From Bispira polyomma (Eukaryota): a DNA stretch of 64,000 nt. Both the position numbers and the translations under genes were made by a program. The notes under the pieces are model-generated. The model saw only the letters and a program-made list of their open reading frames with translations. It ran no database searches and was not told the origin of the DNA. This document shows, one piece after another, positions 51,208-64,000 of this stretch. Position 1 is the stretch's first letter. Each line of letters opens with the position of its first letter. The stretch is taken from NCBI GenBank assembly GCA_965649765.1, contig OZ287760.1, positions 25,978,001-26,042,000 on the forward strand. Direction: 5' to 3'.

Positions 51208-52061
51208 AGTGGGGGGGTTCCACATTCAGGATTTGCTCCCCGATCTTCCCGATTTTGAGGTCGGGGACATGTACGGGGAGGTCGGAGAGCAAAAACGGGG
51301 TGGTCTGGAAGGTCGGGAAGAATATCAAAAAAATTAGATATTTTGAAAATGGTCCCGACTTTTGGTCCCGGACCTCAAAGTCTGACCATCAATATGTTTG
51401 ATCCTATTGGTGATACGTTCTGTCGGAGAAGTCGGGGCGCACTGCTGGCCTGTCCTAATGCTGGCCTGTCGAAACGTATAGGTCGGGGGGCGAAAACGGG
51501 GTGGTCTGGAAGGTCGGGAGGAATTTATGTATGGAGACACATACAAAAGCCCATTTTGTCAGTCCCGATAACGGAAATCAGTTTAAAAGTTTACCTTACC
51601 TTTGCGACATCGAACCCACTTCTGGTACAGTTCATGTATGCGAACGATGAATTTTTTTGCTGTTATTTACAACAAACGTCCATCAAAAATGAGGTTTAAA
51701 CGAGTATTTTTTCTTCTATTTTAGTTGCAATTAAACCCATTTTGTCAGTAATTTTTACCATAATCGTCCCGACTTTGACTTTTAATACATTCGATCATAA
51801 TGGTCTGGGTAGTGAATCCGTCAGATCTTACTGGCGATACATTCGATCCTAGGGCGTTTTGTCAGATACTATCACTAGTAAGTTCGATCCTATCCTGGTT
51901 CAAGTAAGATCGGGGTCAGCATCCCGTTCGATCGGGAAGGCCGCCCCACACATGAATTTTCCCACCCCAAAATGGATTTTATTGATTTTTTCGCCCCGAC
52001 CTTCCCGACTTTTAAATCGAGCCCATTGTGCCGATCGAACTTGGATGTGGAACCCCTCCCT
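51208..52061. mobile_element. ~850-bp non-autonomous Harbinger-type element related to the transposase-bearing element at 15114
   Basis: TIRs AGTGGGGGGGTTCCACAT / ATGTGGAACCCCTCCCT, flanked by TAA and TTA; many subterminal GTCGGG and GATC motifs. Confidence 0.88.
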
Positions 52062-52074
52062 TTAGAGGAGAGAT

Positions 52075-52262
52075 GGATGACTTCAGTGTTTTGGTGACCT
52101 TAGGGCAACAAGCGATTGATTACGATGACTTTAATAATTTGCTGACCTTAGGATGACATATGATTCATTAGGATGACTATTGTGATTTGCTTACCTAAGT
52201 GTGACAAGTGATAATTAGGATGACTTCAGTGATTTGTTGACCTCATGGCGACAAGTGATTCC
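52075..52262. repeat. Degenerate ~45-48 bp tandem repeat, about 4 copies
   Basis: GGATGACTTCAGTGATTTGCTGACCTTAGGGCGACAAGTGATT-like unit. Confidence 0.75.
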
Positions 52263-52474
52263 ACTGATGTTATCTGACTGTCGACTAACTCATTCTCTTT
52301 TTAAGCTTTGAAAGATACTTCTAAGAAGGTGATTTTGGAATTTGTGTTCAAACTGTGGTTTTGCTGGTCTTAAGTCTCTTCCCAATACAGAAGTTACATC
52401 AACTTTGATCATTCTACCAGAAGCCAAAAATTACTAAAAAAACCACAAAGAGTGATTGTTTACTCAAGTCATCA

Positions 52475-52594
52475 TTACAGGCTCTGTGCTTTATTAATCC
52501 TTGACAGCTTTAAACATGAGGCTAAATGACTTGGTTACAGGCACTGTGCGTTATTAATCCTTGAAAGCTCTAAACATGAGGCTTAATGACTTGG
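52475..52594. repeat. 60-bp tandem duplication
   Basis: TTACAGGC.CTGTGC.TTATTAATCCTTGA.AGCT.TAAACATGAGGCT.AATGACTTGG twice. Confidence 0.85.
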
Positions 52595-54239
52595 ACTGGT
52601 CTGAACTCTGTGTTGTTACCTAGGCAATATATGACACGGATACAATTCCAGTAAACCCACCAAACAAAGTGATACCGGTCAGTTTATACAATCTAATGAA
52701 GGCTGTCTCAAAATAAATTTGACCAGAGTTAGTGTTAGAAGGTTACCAAGGTTATAAGTGTCAGATAACTGCATTTGTCATTGTGTTCTCCGCAAGACAT
52801 TTCATCCATTTATAGAAACACTTGTATTTGTGGTGGCAATAGGTTGATATTTGAACCCTTATCACAAGTAGTAACTGTGAACTAACCCAGCCTGGGTAGC
52901 GAGTATTCTGCAGCCTGATACTATGAGAGCAGCAGTTAGTGGCCAGATTTATCACCCAGCTCAAAGGATCCTACTCTTTGTCTGCCATTTGGCAGATCAT
53001 TTTTTTCCATTTATTGTCTTTTTAAAGTAACTATTCATTTTGCCATTATCTCTATATCTTTAAAGAGGTTTTTTTAACAAAGACTAAAACACTAAACTTG
53101 CCGTTTATGCCAGTTGCATTTGTTTCAAATACAAAACTCCAATAACTCACTTAGTACATTTTTACAGGAGACCCTTTTTTGTCCGAAAAAGGTCAGTAAA
53201 ATGTCATTTCACAGCATAGAAACAGACTCAAGACACTTTGAAAACATCATAAATCATGGAAATTAATTAGTTTTACCTGTAAAACTAATGTTTTCACAAG
53301 CGGTTTCCTGTTGTTCAATGCTGTACACAAGTACACATGTACAGTGTGTTATGAGTTTATTTACAAAGCACATAAGAATAAAGGTATATTTAATATATAT
53401 AGACATACAGATTATGCTACTACTGTATGAAAGTTTTACTATAATAATAAATGAATAATTTTTATAAAACATTATACTTTATTATGACCTCAACTGAGTT
53501 TGAGGTGGGAGTTAAAATATTGGTTGAGGTTTCCTAAAGTAACTTTATGGTTACAATAAGTCTCAACTTAAAATGACAACCATAAATTAGGTCTAAGCTG
53601 ACCTTAAATCATTTAAGGTTACCTAAAGTTGTAACTTTAAGTGAAAACAATAAATTTTAAATTTAAGATTGACCTTAAATTTAATTTCTAGAGTTAACCT
53701 TGACTCCAGGTTAGAGCATCTAAATTTTTAATTAAGAGTTCGAGTGTTGCACTGCAACTTAGTGAAATGAGTGCTCAGGTCCTAATAGGATATCTGAGTA
53801 CATTATGGAAAAAAAGTTAATTACTGAGAACAGCTTGCAATTAATTGAGAAGTAGTGTATTAAGAACTTAAACATAGCACCTCACTTAAGGGTTCAGTGT
53901 TATCATACCAGACATTTATTGAGACGGGGGGTCATTATTTCTAATACTGAGGGACTCAGGTTGTTGTTATTTTTACATGGACAAAAACCTTTTACAAGAT
54001 GTTTATTATCTATGTTCTGTAACTCAAGCTACCCAGAACAAGCCCTACAATCGTTATATCTAGACGTCCTCATTTACCAGTTTGTTCAGTATTTATGGCT
54101 TGTTAGTTACAGATTCTTTAAGGTAGTAACAAAAATAATTGTTAGGGTTGTAACTAAAATTCACAAAAGTAGTAACTTCGGTTAATATTCGCATCATTTG
54201 TTTAAGTAGTAAGTTTGGTTAATATTCGCATTATTTGTT

Positions 54240-56500
54240 TAAGGGCCTTTTTGTATTGTTAGGTCATCCTGGATTTGACAGGAAATAATGTAGTTTTGAA
54301 TGGACTAGAGCGTTTTAATCTGTGACTTGTTTACTCCAAACAAAAGAGAGTTGCAGTAGTCAATGTTGCTACTCACAAGGGCATTAGCCACAGTTATAGT
54401 AGTGTCCGGTGACAGGTCGTTTCAGATGTCACAAATGTGGTAATAGCAGGAGGGACTTGTTGAAGTCTATAGTCACACCCAGGTTTTTGGCATTTTCGGA
54501 AGGTAGTTTATCTTTTTCCCAGACGGAATTCACTGTCTTTTTTGTTTCCAATGATAATAAATACAGTTTTGTCAGGATTTACTTTCAATTTGTAGTAGTT
54601 CATCTACGCCTAGACAGAAGACAGACAGTGTGTGAGTAAATCAATATTTTTATTTGCATTTTAAGGGTTGACAGAGATAAACTTAAGTGTGATCAGCACA
54701 CATGTGGGGTTTTATATTATGATTATTATTGACAGTGCTGAGAGTATGTCTGTAGAGGGTGAAAAGTAGAGGTTCAAGGACAGATCCCTGGGGAACTCTG
54801 TATGGTAGGTTTATTGAAGATGATAAGTGATCATCTAGTTTAATTCTTTGTGCTCTAAGAGTAAGGTAAGGATCCGATCCAATCAAGAACAGTATCATTA
54901 AGTCCGAGCTATCGCTTGAGATTGTTGCAGAGTAGGCCATGATCAATCGTGTTGAAATTTGGCCATGATCAATCGTGTTGAAGGCAGCTGAGAGATCTTA
55001 AAGGATGAGGGCCACTGTTTCATTGCAATCCAATGCAAGATTGATATCATTGCTGATAGAAAAAGGGCACTTTCTGTAGAGGGAAACTCTCTGGAAGCAG
55101 ATTAGTGATTTTCGATATTTTGTCTGTTGAGGTGGTCGGAAGTTTGTTGTGCCACAGCCTTTCTCCATGACTTTAGAGCTAAGATTAGACACTGGTCAAT
55201 AGCTTTTGAGTTGGTTCTTATCAAGCTCTTTTTTTTTAGCAAGAGAGTAACATTAGCAGTTATGAAACAGGTGGGGAAAAAACCATCAAGAAGAAAAAAA
55301 TTTAATATGTTGGTTATGGGTGTGACTAGAATGTCCAGGCATTGATTAAGAATAACGGCTGGGATCAAGTTCACAAGATTTAATAGTAGATGATTTCATG
55401 AGTTTAGAACATCCTTTTCAGAAAGTCTGGGGAAATGGAATAGGTTAGAAACCTTATACTCTGGGGTTAGAGGGCAGAAATGAGACATTGTTAAAAAACC
55501 GTCACGAATGTTGCTGATTTTATCAATAAAAAATTCCCCAAATTTAACCCTTAACAAGACAGCGATTTTTGGGGATTGTGTCGTAGTGTTCCTTTTGGCA
55601 CTAGCTATCAACCTGTTGAAGTTGTTTGTGTCGAACGGTAACAGCTTCTATCAAATGAGGATTTTCCACGCCATTGACGCTTGACTTGTCGTTTGGGCCT
55701 TTTAGCCTCTGTGATGGCCGCATTGGTTCATTCGGCTGGGTTTGTGGGGGGAAGAGTTGTAGAAACCGAAGGAGTGTGTTAATACCAAGGATAGTTGAAA
55801 GGCTATGATTGTATTGCTAGCTGAGGTTGTCAGCATTCTTGCACAGATGTTTCATCAGGTTTGATGCACGGATGTCGTCTCTGAATTTGTCAATTTTTGA
55901 TTTTTCTAATATTTTATCACACATGGTTTTTGTGAAGCAGGTACTAGCAAATTTAGATAGGCAAAGGTTACTAGGTGATCAGAAACTCCATCAGTAACCC
56001 AGGCTTCACTGATCAGATTAAAATATGGTCTGGCAATTACCAGATCAAGTATATGATTGTGGGGGTGGGTAGGCCTGGAGATCAATTGTGAGAAGCCAAA
56101 AGTGTTAATGAGGCTGTTGAAGTCTTTTGTAGCTGGGGTTTTTTATGTCGATCTTGAAATCTTAAAGGATAATATCTGCGAATGAGTGAAGGTTCAGGGT
56201 CTCAAGGAATTTGGAAAACTCATGAGTAAAGGTAGCTAGAGAATGGATGGGAGGTCGGTCAAAAAAAGAAACCAGGAATGACTGATAACCGTTCAGAATT
56301 TTTCATGTGATTTATTCAAAAGACGAATACGACTGGTTTTTGAAAATTTCACCTACTGTCCCTCTGCATTTTTGGAGCCTAAGAGTTATATTGGATAAAA
56401 ATATGCCATATCCTTACTACTGAGCCACACCTCGCAGATATCCAGGTCCTGGGCTATGATCAAAATTAATTACTGAAGGCGCCTTTATTTATACTAAATA
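54240..56500 (-). mobile_element. CR1/L2-type LINE ORF2 (endonuclease plus RT), degenerate
   Basis: EN remnants (LDLVIA, DGVSDHL); FGEFFIDKISNIR, LVTPITNILN, DLSAAFNTIDH, VPQGSVLEPLLFTLY, MCADHT (YADD-like), AKNLGVTID, ALVSSNIDYCNSL. Confidence 0.88.
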
Positions 56501-58021
56501 GTCAGGCTATGATTGATGTCACCAGACGTAACACAAAAGGCTATAGGATAACACATAAAAAGCCTGTCTGTGCCACTGTTTCTTTCTCACGTGGGTCTAT
56601 AGCCTCACGTGCATTTGATAACAATGTCGCCTCACAGAACCTAATGCCACACGGTCTGTAGAGGTCTTCAGCAGTAAAGTCAGACCTTCAAAAAACAGTC
56701 CAGGCTGCCAAAGTTTTTCCCTTCAATGCTTCAATTCCTCACAATCTTTAGGTATATATACATGTTTACCAACTCAAAAGTGAATACATACATACATCTT
56801 TCTTAATGGATAGCTAATTTTTGTTGTTGAGCTTCAAAGTGGAACTCAAATATGTAGTCAGCTTTTAGATATCGGTATTGCGGAAAGATTATTTTGTAAT
56901 TAATCTCTCATACAATTCCTAGAGTATATGTCCCAATGTACACATTTATACCTTTCAAAACAAGGAAGTGGTCGTCTTAATGATTGATTTCTTTTAACGA
57001 AAAGAGCCTCTGTTCTAACATATTTGACTTATTCTTCTTTTGAAAGGGTATACATCAGAACTACCTTGTTTATTCTGACATAAATTCTGAAGTCCACATT
57101 TAAAAACCGGACACACACCGAAAGAGAGAATAGTTTAACCTTAGTGCTATTCAAGAACTAACCTTAACCTTAGCTGAGAATTTTTTAAAGTTTAAATATA
57201 TTTTTACATCAAGAAATATAAGTTCTAATATCTTATTTTGTACTCTAAGTTCTAATATCCTCTTAACTGGTACCAAATACTTATAACTGCAAAATATGTC
57301 TTCATGCTTTCATGCGGAGATTGTTAAAAATCAATTACTTCGGCTTCTCAGTATTTTTCCTGATGCTTTGACATGATCTGTCCCAGTAGAAATTGAATTA
57401 ATACCAGACTGATGCATTGCCAAGTCGTTTTAAAAAAAGAATACCTGTTAGCCATACTAAGACTATATAAGACATGTAGGAAGCCAAAAGCAACTGGGTT
57501 TCATATTTTTTTCCAGTTAACCAAGCACACACAAATAGAAACATAAACTGTAATAAGTTTGGCAAAAAAAAACAAAAAAAAAAACAGTAAAAAGTCATGC
57601 ACAAACAAAAGTAAATAATCATTATGACAGAACATCCTCATTGATTTACCACAAAGAGATTATGTGTGACATTTTTGCAAGTCTTTATTGATAACCATTT
57701 TATTTGCGGACAAAAATGACTTAAGTTTATTTGATAAAGAGAAATGATATTAAAATTTAAGACAACACAACATTCTACTTGATTTGGCATTTAGGCCTTC
57801 ATTTCAAGGCCAGACTGTTCTTGAAAAATAACCCCATCTCATACCAGTTGATTGTCCGTTAACTGTCTATTTTCACTAAAGTCATTGCATAAACTGTTTG
57901 CCAGATATATACTGATAAGTACAGAGAATAATACAATGTCAAAAATATAAAGTTTAAGATTTCTTCTTACAATCTTTCTTCATGAAATGTCCCCGAGAAC
58001 TCTAAATACTGTTGTCCCAAG

Positions 58022-58138
58022 CGACAACTAAATGACTCCTGTACAGAAGACAGGGATTGTGTCCCGATAGTTCATGCTTCTTGTTCTCTAGACAACGTGA
58101 CAAGACCCCCTTCATGTGTTGATACTGATGGATACAAG
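58022..58138 (+). CDS. Candidate isolated exon encoding a Cys-rich EB-module-like repeat
   Basis: CCCAAG|...AAG|GTGATT, 117 nt, phase 0-0, RQLNDSCTEDRDCVPIVHASCSLDNVTRPPSCVDTDGYK. Confidence 0.45.
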
Positions 58139-60415
58139 GTGATTTATTTGTGATGGTTATTCAGCACTTATACAGGGCCCTATTGATATATCATGATCTA
58201 AGGCAATGATTCTCTGACAGGGATAGACCCACATAGCCAAGTAAATTTCCCTAACAGATTGTTCGTACAGAAAATATCTGTGAAATTAGTTGGACCCAGG
58301 TTTAGTACAACATCTAATAAATACTTTGAGCAACATACCCAGAATATTTACTATTAAAGATGCATCTAGTTCTACACGTAACATCAAGTGTTCCCTTTGA
58401 AAACCAGTAGTAACATTTATAGGACAATATTTCTATTTTGCAGAGTTTCAGAGTAGGTCAATGACGTCACTTCCTCTCATGTGGTATACATATCCCACTT
58501 GTGTAATAACTCATCAGTGCTCATAACTTGATGTTGTAAGACATTATAAAACATGTCTGGCAGTTTTAACGTCGGCAGACTTCGAAGCTTTTGCCACAAT
58601 GCTAACATATCTTAAACCAGTCCTAACACTCATAACAAGCTGTCAGTAACTGGATTAGGACACAGCAAAACATGTCAAAATGATTAATTGTTTATTTGTG
58701 ATAATATCTACCACTACATTGTAGAGTTATGCAATAAAAGTGTGGGTATATAAGAATATTAATAATTACAAATAATAACAAATATTTCTGCCATTGTCAA
58801 TAGAAGTAGTTTTGTTAATGTGACCTACTGTCACCTTAGCCAGTTCTACATATTCAGTATGCAGTAAGTTGTATACATTATCTTTCCTCAGTCTATTATG
58901 TAAAGTTGTTCATGATTTGCATCGAACAAAGATGGCGTACAAAACAAACTATTGCCTTATGGATCATAATAAATGTAGTTATAGCAGTTTAATACAAATT
59001 AATTGGGCGGCAAACAAAGTTTTAATGGGAAATCAGTTCCACAAAATAGTAGTTATTATTAATTATTATTAATGGTTTTGACTTCTGATTTTGCCATATT
59101 GGCATTTAAAATTTTTGTAACTTAAAACTTTTCTGCATAGATGGAAAAATTTTCCAAAGTGGAATTTGTAAATAAATTTCTCCTCTGTTTTTGCAGATAA
59201 CTTCACCCTTCTTCAGATGGTGGGATAAAAAAATATGCCATATCCTTACCTTCAATCCTTATCTTCAATCTCAGACTGAATTCGCTTAATAATTTAGAGA
59301 CTGATAGTCTGTCCCTTTAATAATGACCTAACACCTGAAGGTGTCCAGAGCTTTCCTTGTCACAAAGGCCTCATGACATGTTCTATTCCTATTCTTCTTA
59401 CAAGGTCATTTTGAACAGTTGAAGTATTCTGCAAAATAAGGACTTTTCTTCCAAAAGTATGGTCGTTTAGAGAGCAAACAATCCCAAATTGTATCCATTT
59501 TCTTATCAAAGCCTTACATTCCCAGTATTTGTCCTTCTTATATAATTTACTACAGCTATGTCCGTGTTACCTTTAAAGTCTGTCTTATACACTCTCCAGT
59601 TCCCACTAAGACTTTCAAGCATAAGCGAGGTAGTAATGACACTACCATTGGGTATATATTTCATTCACTGGAATTATTTATTATTTACAACACCTGCAAC
59701 TTAAATATATACACTCAGTAAAGGCACCCTAACTCAAAGTGAAGGTGATCTTAAAAGAGAACCAAGCTAACCTTATTTTAAGGCCAACCTTTACTCAAGG
59801 TTAAGGTTAGATTAATGCAATTAGATAATTTTGATAATATGTAGATAAGAGTTTAGATAAGATAGAGATAATATTAACGTAGAAAGTTGGCCTGATACCA
59901 CCTTTAGCTTATATATGTTACACTAAATATAAAGGGTAAAGGGGCACTAGGGTAAGGGTGCCAGGTAAGAGGGCCTCATCACACAAATACATTAATCCCA
60001 GTTGGGGTATAGGGTTGGTAAGGACCAAATATAGTACAGTTCTTGACATCTGCGTCTCTCTGTACTATTTGCCTCATTATCCAAGCCTAACCAATAAACA
60101 ATACTGAACGCGATATTTTTGGCAGAGTGTTGTCTCTGACTAAAGTGGCTGAAAACTGGGGTGGACTTTTGATGGGTTTGGGGGAGCCACAAGTTTTTTT
60201 GCAGCTTCTTCCAGTAGGCTCAGAGTATGATGACTCAATCTGTTGCCAGGTATACGTGTACCTGGCTCTGGAGTATTGAATGTTGAACTTTATCCCACTT
60301 ATAGGTGGTTAAGTGCTGGGATGGAGCGGTGTCACTTGCACTCATGGTTATATACCCAAGTGAATAATATAAAAGTTTGTTTGAACTTGGTGCAGGTGAC
60401 AGGAGTAATCTGACT

Positions 60416-60476
60416 GCCTTATATATTAATATTGGTTAATATATTTCGAACTCCTATGGGTATTCTCATCAGAGGC
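60416..60476 (-). ncRNA. Type I hammerhead ribozyme (copy 1)
   Basis: GCCT-CTGATGA-GAATACC(CATA)GGAGTTC-GAAA-TATATTAA(CCAATA)TTAATATA-TA-AGGC: complete core, three stems, AUA cleavage triplet. Confidence 0.9.
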
Positions 60477-61043
60477 TGTATTAAGATCACCTTTTTTTGC
60501 CTTAAGGTGGTGAAATGAACCCTGCCCAACTCCGCCTGATCCAGCGGAGCAATTGAGCTGAGTAGAGCTCTATATGGGCTCTAAGTCATTTCCAGGTGTT
60601 GTGGAGGCTCAAAACCATGATTACACCTAATTAAGGTGACCAGGTAGGGTCCACAGATAGTGTACAGTTAATAAAGGCAGATATACATAATATTTTATAA
60701 TATAATATAAATGATTATAATTATACCTGTGTGGAGTATAATTAATATTTTTATCTGAATAAAATATAGAATCCAAAAGATGTGCTTTTATTGGATTTCA
60801 TTTATCCATGGTTTTCAATAGACCAAGGAAAAGAACCATATGTGGTAGTAGGTAAAATTAACATGTAATATATACATAAACACAGGTTAGTTCAGTGTGA
60901 GAATGTGTGAATGCGTTAATGCACATTTGGTAAATATATGGCAAGTAAACCACATATAAATTTGGTAGTTATGATTATTACACAAATACTACTGACACTG
61001 TATTCAAATACAGCTTGAATGGAGTGGTCAGACTAAAAACCAG

Positions 61044-61734
61044 GGGCGGTATTCACAAAGATGGATCAAGCTGAGCGAAAAATCAGCTCAAGATCAGCCC
61101 AGGATCAAGATCAACTCAAAAAAAGGCTCAGCTGATCTTTGGATCAAATCAGTATTCACAAAGCAAAGATCAGCTGAGCCAAAAATTAGATCATTTTTAA
61201 ACAACAAAAACACAAGTTCAAGTTTTTATACATATTAAACAGCTGTTGTATGAATTAATTTCCATTTAAATTATATTTTGATGCATTAGGTTGATTATTG
61301 TAAGCAAAAGAATATTTTAAATATTTTTGGTTTAAATCCAAAACTTAAGCTCCGCCCACTTTTGATCCTGGGAAAAATACACAAAACATAGCCTCTTTTC
61401 ACAACAATTTAAACCAACATAGAACTGTACATAGCTACTCTTAAAATGACATATGTGAAGATAAAGTATCATAGATAATTTATCGATGATTTATTTTATG
61501 AAACCATTGTTAGTTTGTATATTACAAAGTTCCAAACTTTGATCCAAATCTTGATCCACCTAAATGGATGGATCAAAGTTAAGCCAAAAGATGAGCTTTT
61601 TAGTGAATACCAAACTTGATCTGATCCAAAAATTTGAGCTGATTTTTGGCTCAGCTAATTTTTGGCTCAACTTAAGCTGATTTTTGGCTCAGCTTGAGCT
61701 GATTTTTCGTTGATCCCTTTTGTGAATACCGCCC
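61044..61734. mobile_element. 691-bp Harbinger-type MITE with CAG TSD
   Basis: TIR GGGCGGTATTCACAAA / TTTGTGAATACCGCCC. TSD CAG at 61041-61043 and 61735-61737. The empty site AAAAACCAGGTAAG is visible at 62963-62976. Confidence 0.95.
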
Positions 61735-61783
61735 CAGGTAAGTAAGGTGAGTTGCCTGGTGACAGTGATGTCATAATGCCCTG

Positions 61784-62479
61784 GGCCCGTATTCACTAAC
61801 AGACTTAGCCAAGTCTTAGGCTTAAAGTTAAGACTTTTGTCTTAACTTTTGGGTAAAAAAGACTAAGACAAAAGTCTTAGTCTTAGCGGTATTCACAAAG
61901 CAGCTAAGCCTAAGTTTTAACTTAGCCAAGGGCTTAACTTTAAGACAGGTTGGGAGTGGGCTTAACTTTATGGTAAAAAGTCTTAGGGTTTTTACACAAC
62001 TTTTACAAATAAAACAGTGTAAATTTGCAATCCATAACAAACTATAAACATTTAACTTTGATATTATGATATTAAATAGCAAACAATTCTTACCGTAACT
62101 TGTGATGAGTCAAACAAAAAGTAGTATAATTCCTAACATATTTTGAATCATATATTTTTTGAAGAGGACTTAGCCAGTCTTAAGTCTAAGTCCAATGAAA
62201 GAAAACAATTTCTTATTTAATGATTTTTTTTTCACTCTGGGAAGTTCATATAGGCCTAAATAATTATATAGTATATGTGTGTGTGTAAAAATGTAAATAA
62301 TATTTTGAATAATTGTAAAAAGAACCATTTAAATTTAAGACTTTTGTCTTAACATAGTCTTAGCTAAGTCACCTTTTGTGAATACCATTTTAAGATAACT
62401 TAGCTAAGACTAAAGTCTTAGATTTAAGACTGGGCTTAGCCTAAGTTTTGGCTTAGTTTAAGACCGTTAGTGAATACGG
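61784..62479. mobile_element. ~700-bp Harbinger-type MITE inserted after CTG, right tip missing
   Basis: Left TIR GGCCCGTATTCACTAAC; the right GTTAGTGAATACGG lacks the last 3 bases and the TSD. The empty site ATGCCCTGGTCG is at ~63010-63021. Confidence 0.92.
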
Positions 62480-63606
62480 AATTGAGCTGAGTAGAGCTCT
62501 ATATGGGCTCTAAGTCATTTCCAGGTGTTGTGGAGGCTCAAAACCATGATTACACCTAATTAAGGTGACCAGGTAGGGTCCACAGATAGTGTACAGTTAA
62601 TAAAGGCAGATATACATAATATTTTATAATATAATATAAATGATTATAATTATACCTGTGTGGAGTATAATTAATATTTTTGTCTGAATAAAATATAGAA
62701 TCCAAAAGATGTGCTTTTATTGGATTTCATTTATCCATGGTTTTCAATAGGCCAAGGAAAAGAACCATATGTGGTAGTGGTAAAATTAACATGTAATATA
62801 TACATAAACACAGGTTAGTTCAGTGTGAGAATGTGTGAATGCGTTAATGCACATTTGGTAAATATATGGCAAGTAAACCACATATAAATTTGGTAGTTAT
62901 GATTATTACACAAATACCACTGACACTATATTCAAATACAGCTTGAATGGAGTGGTCAGACTAAAAACCAGGTAAGTAAGGTGAGTTGCCTGGTGACAGT
63001 GATGTCATAATGCCCTGGTCGTAATGTGACATCAGATGGGTGTATTACGTCAGGGGGACGTTGTGACGTCATAATGGCTTAGTTAAGCTTTTGAGCTCTG
63101 TCGTGTGAAGTGCCCAATATAAGAATATAAAGGGTAAAGGGGCACTAGGGTAAGGGTGCCAGGTAAGAGGGCCTCATCACACAAATACATTAATCCCAGT
63201 TGGGGTATAGGGTTGGTAAGGACCAAATATAGTACAGTTCTTGATATCTGCGTCTCTCTGTACTATTTGCCTCATTATCCAAGCCTAACCAATAAACAAT
63301 ACTGAACTCGATATTTTTGGCAGAGTGTTGTCTCTGACTAAAGTGGCTGAAAACTGGGGTGGACTTTTGATGGGTTTGGGGGAGCCACAAGTTTTTTTGC
63401 AGCTTCTTCCAGTAGGCTCAGAGTATGATGACTCAATCTGTTGCCAGGTATACGTGTACCTGGCTCTGGAGTATTGAATGTTGAACTTTATCCCACTTAT
63501 AGGTGGTTAAGTGCTGGGATGGAGCTGTGTCACTTGCACTCATTGTTATATACCCAAGTGAATAAGTTTGTTTGAACTTGGTGCAGGTGACAGGAGTAAT
63601 CTGACT

Positions 63607-63667
63607 GCCTTATATATTAATATTGGTTAATATATTTCGAACTCCTATGGGTATTCTCATCAGAGGC
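63607..63667 (-). ncRNA. Type I hammerhead ribozyme (copy 2, identical)
   Basis: Same sequence as 60416-60476. Confidence 0.9.
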
Positions 63668-64000
63668 TGTATTAGAATCACCTTTTTTGCCTTAAGGTGG
63701 TAAAATGAACTCCGCCCAACTCCGTCTGATCCGGCGGAGCAATTGAGCTGAGTAGAGCTCTATCTACACCTTTTTTTTTGCCTTATTTTCAGTAAATATG
63801 CATACTTACTGGTTTTTGGGTCTAGTAAGTTCACGCATTTACTAAACTGTCTAATTATTCTTTAAGTAATGATTAACTAGCCACATTAAGTTTTTTTCAT
63901 CCATATGATGTATCATTATGTGGTAGTGGTGATTTTACAAGTTTTCAAAGAGTCCATCTTTATTTAGGTAAATTTATTTAGGCATATTACATATACACAT

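Larger units (their letters stand above)
59926..63763 (-). mobile_element. Tandem, internally deleted Penelope-like element (~1.26-kb unit) interrupted by two MITEs
   Basis: 59926-60573 matches 63124-63763, and 60551-61043 matches 62480-62971. The unit encodes a GIY-YIG-like tail STPVFSHFSQRQH...RRRCQELYYIWSLPTLYP and carries a hammerhead ribozyme. Confidence 0.8.

Noticed and set aside
59223-59249. ~26-bp match to 56393-56417 (GGATAAAAA.TATGCCATATCCTTAC)
   Set aside because: Too short, and the flanks are unrelated; cannot distinguish chance from a small templated insertion.

Overview
AT-rich eukaryotic (metazoan, probably invertebrate or mollusc-like; taxon is inference from repeat types only) genomic DNA, dominated by nested and mostly degenerate transposable elements. 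These include two PIF/Harbinger transposase relics and several Harbinger-type MITEs; at least six tyrosine-recombinase retrotransposon pieces (one DIRS1-like with a methyltransferase-like domain, the rest Ngaro-like, one near full length); an L1/Tx1-type LINE split by insertions; a CR1/L2-type LINE; four tRNA-derived SINEs; Helentron/HINE-like repeats; and a tandem Penelope-like unit carrying two intact type I hammerhead ribozymes. One host gene can be built on the minus strand (about 42672-38937, 5-6 exons, helical/coiled-coil plus transmembrane segments, product unknown). Three of its exon-intron junctions have been amplified into tandem repeats, including a 2.6-kb array of copies of one 3' splice site. 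The most unusual coding feature is a LINE-ORF1-like protein fused to an IMPACT/YigZ (UPF0029) domain, which may be the ORF1 of the interrupted L1/Tx1 element. All family calls rest on motif recognition by eye; no database search was run.
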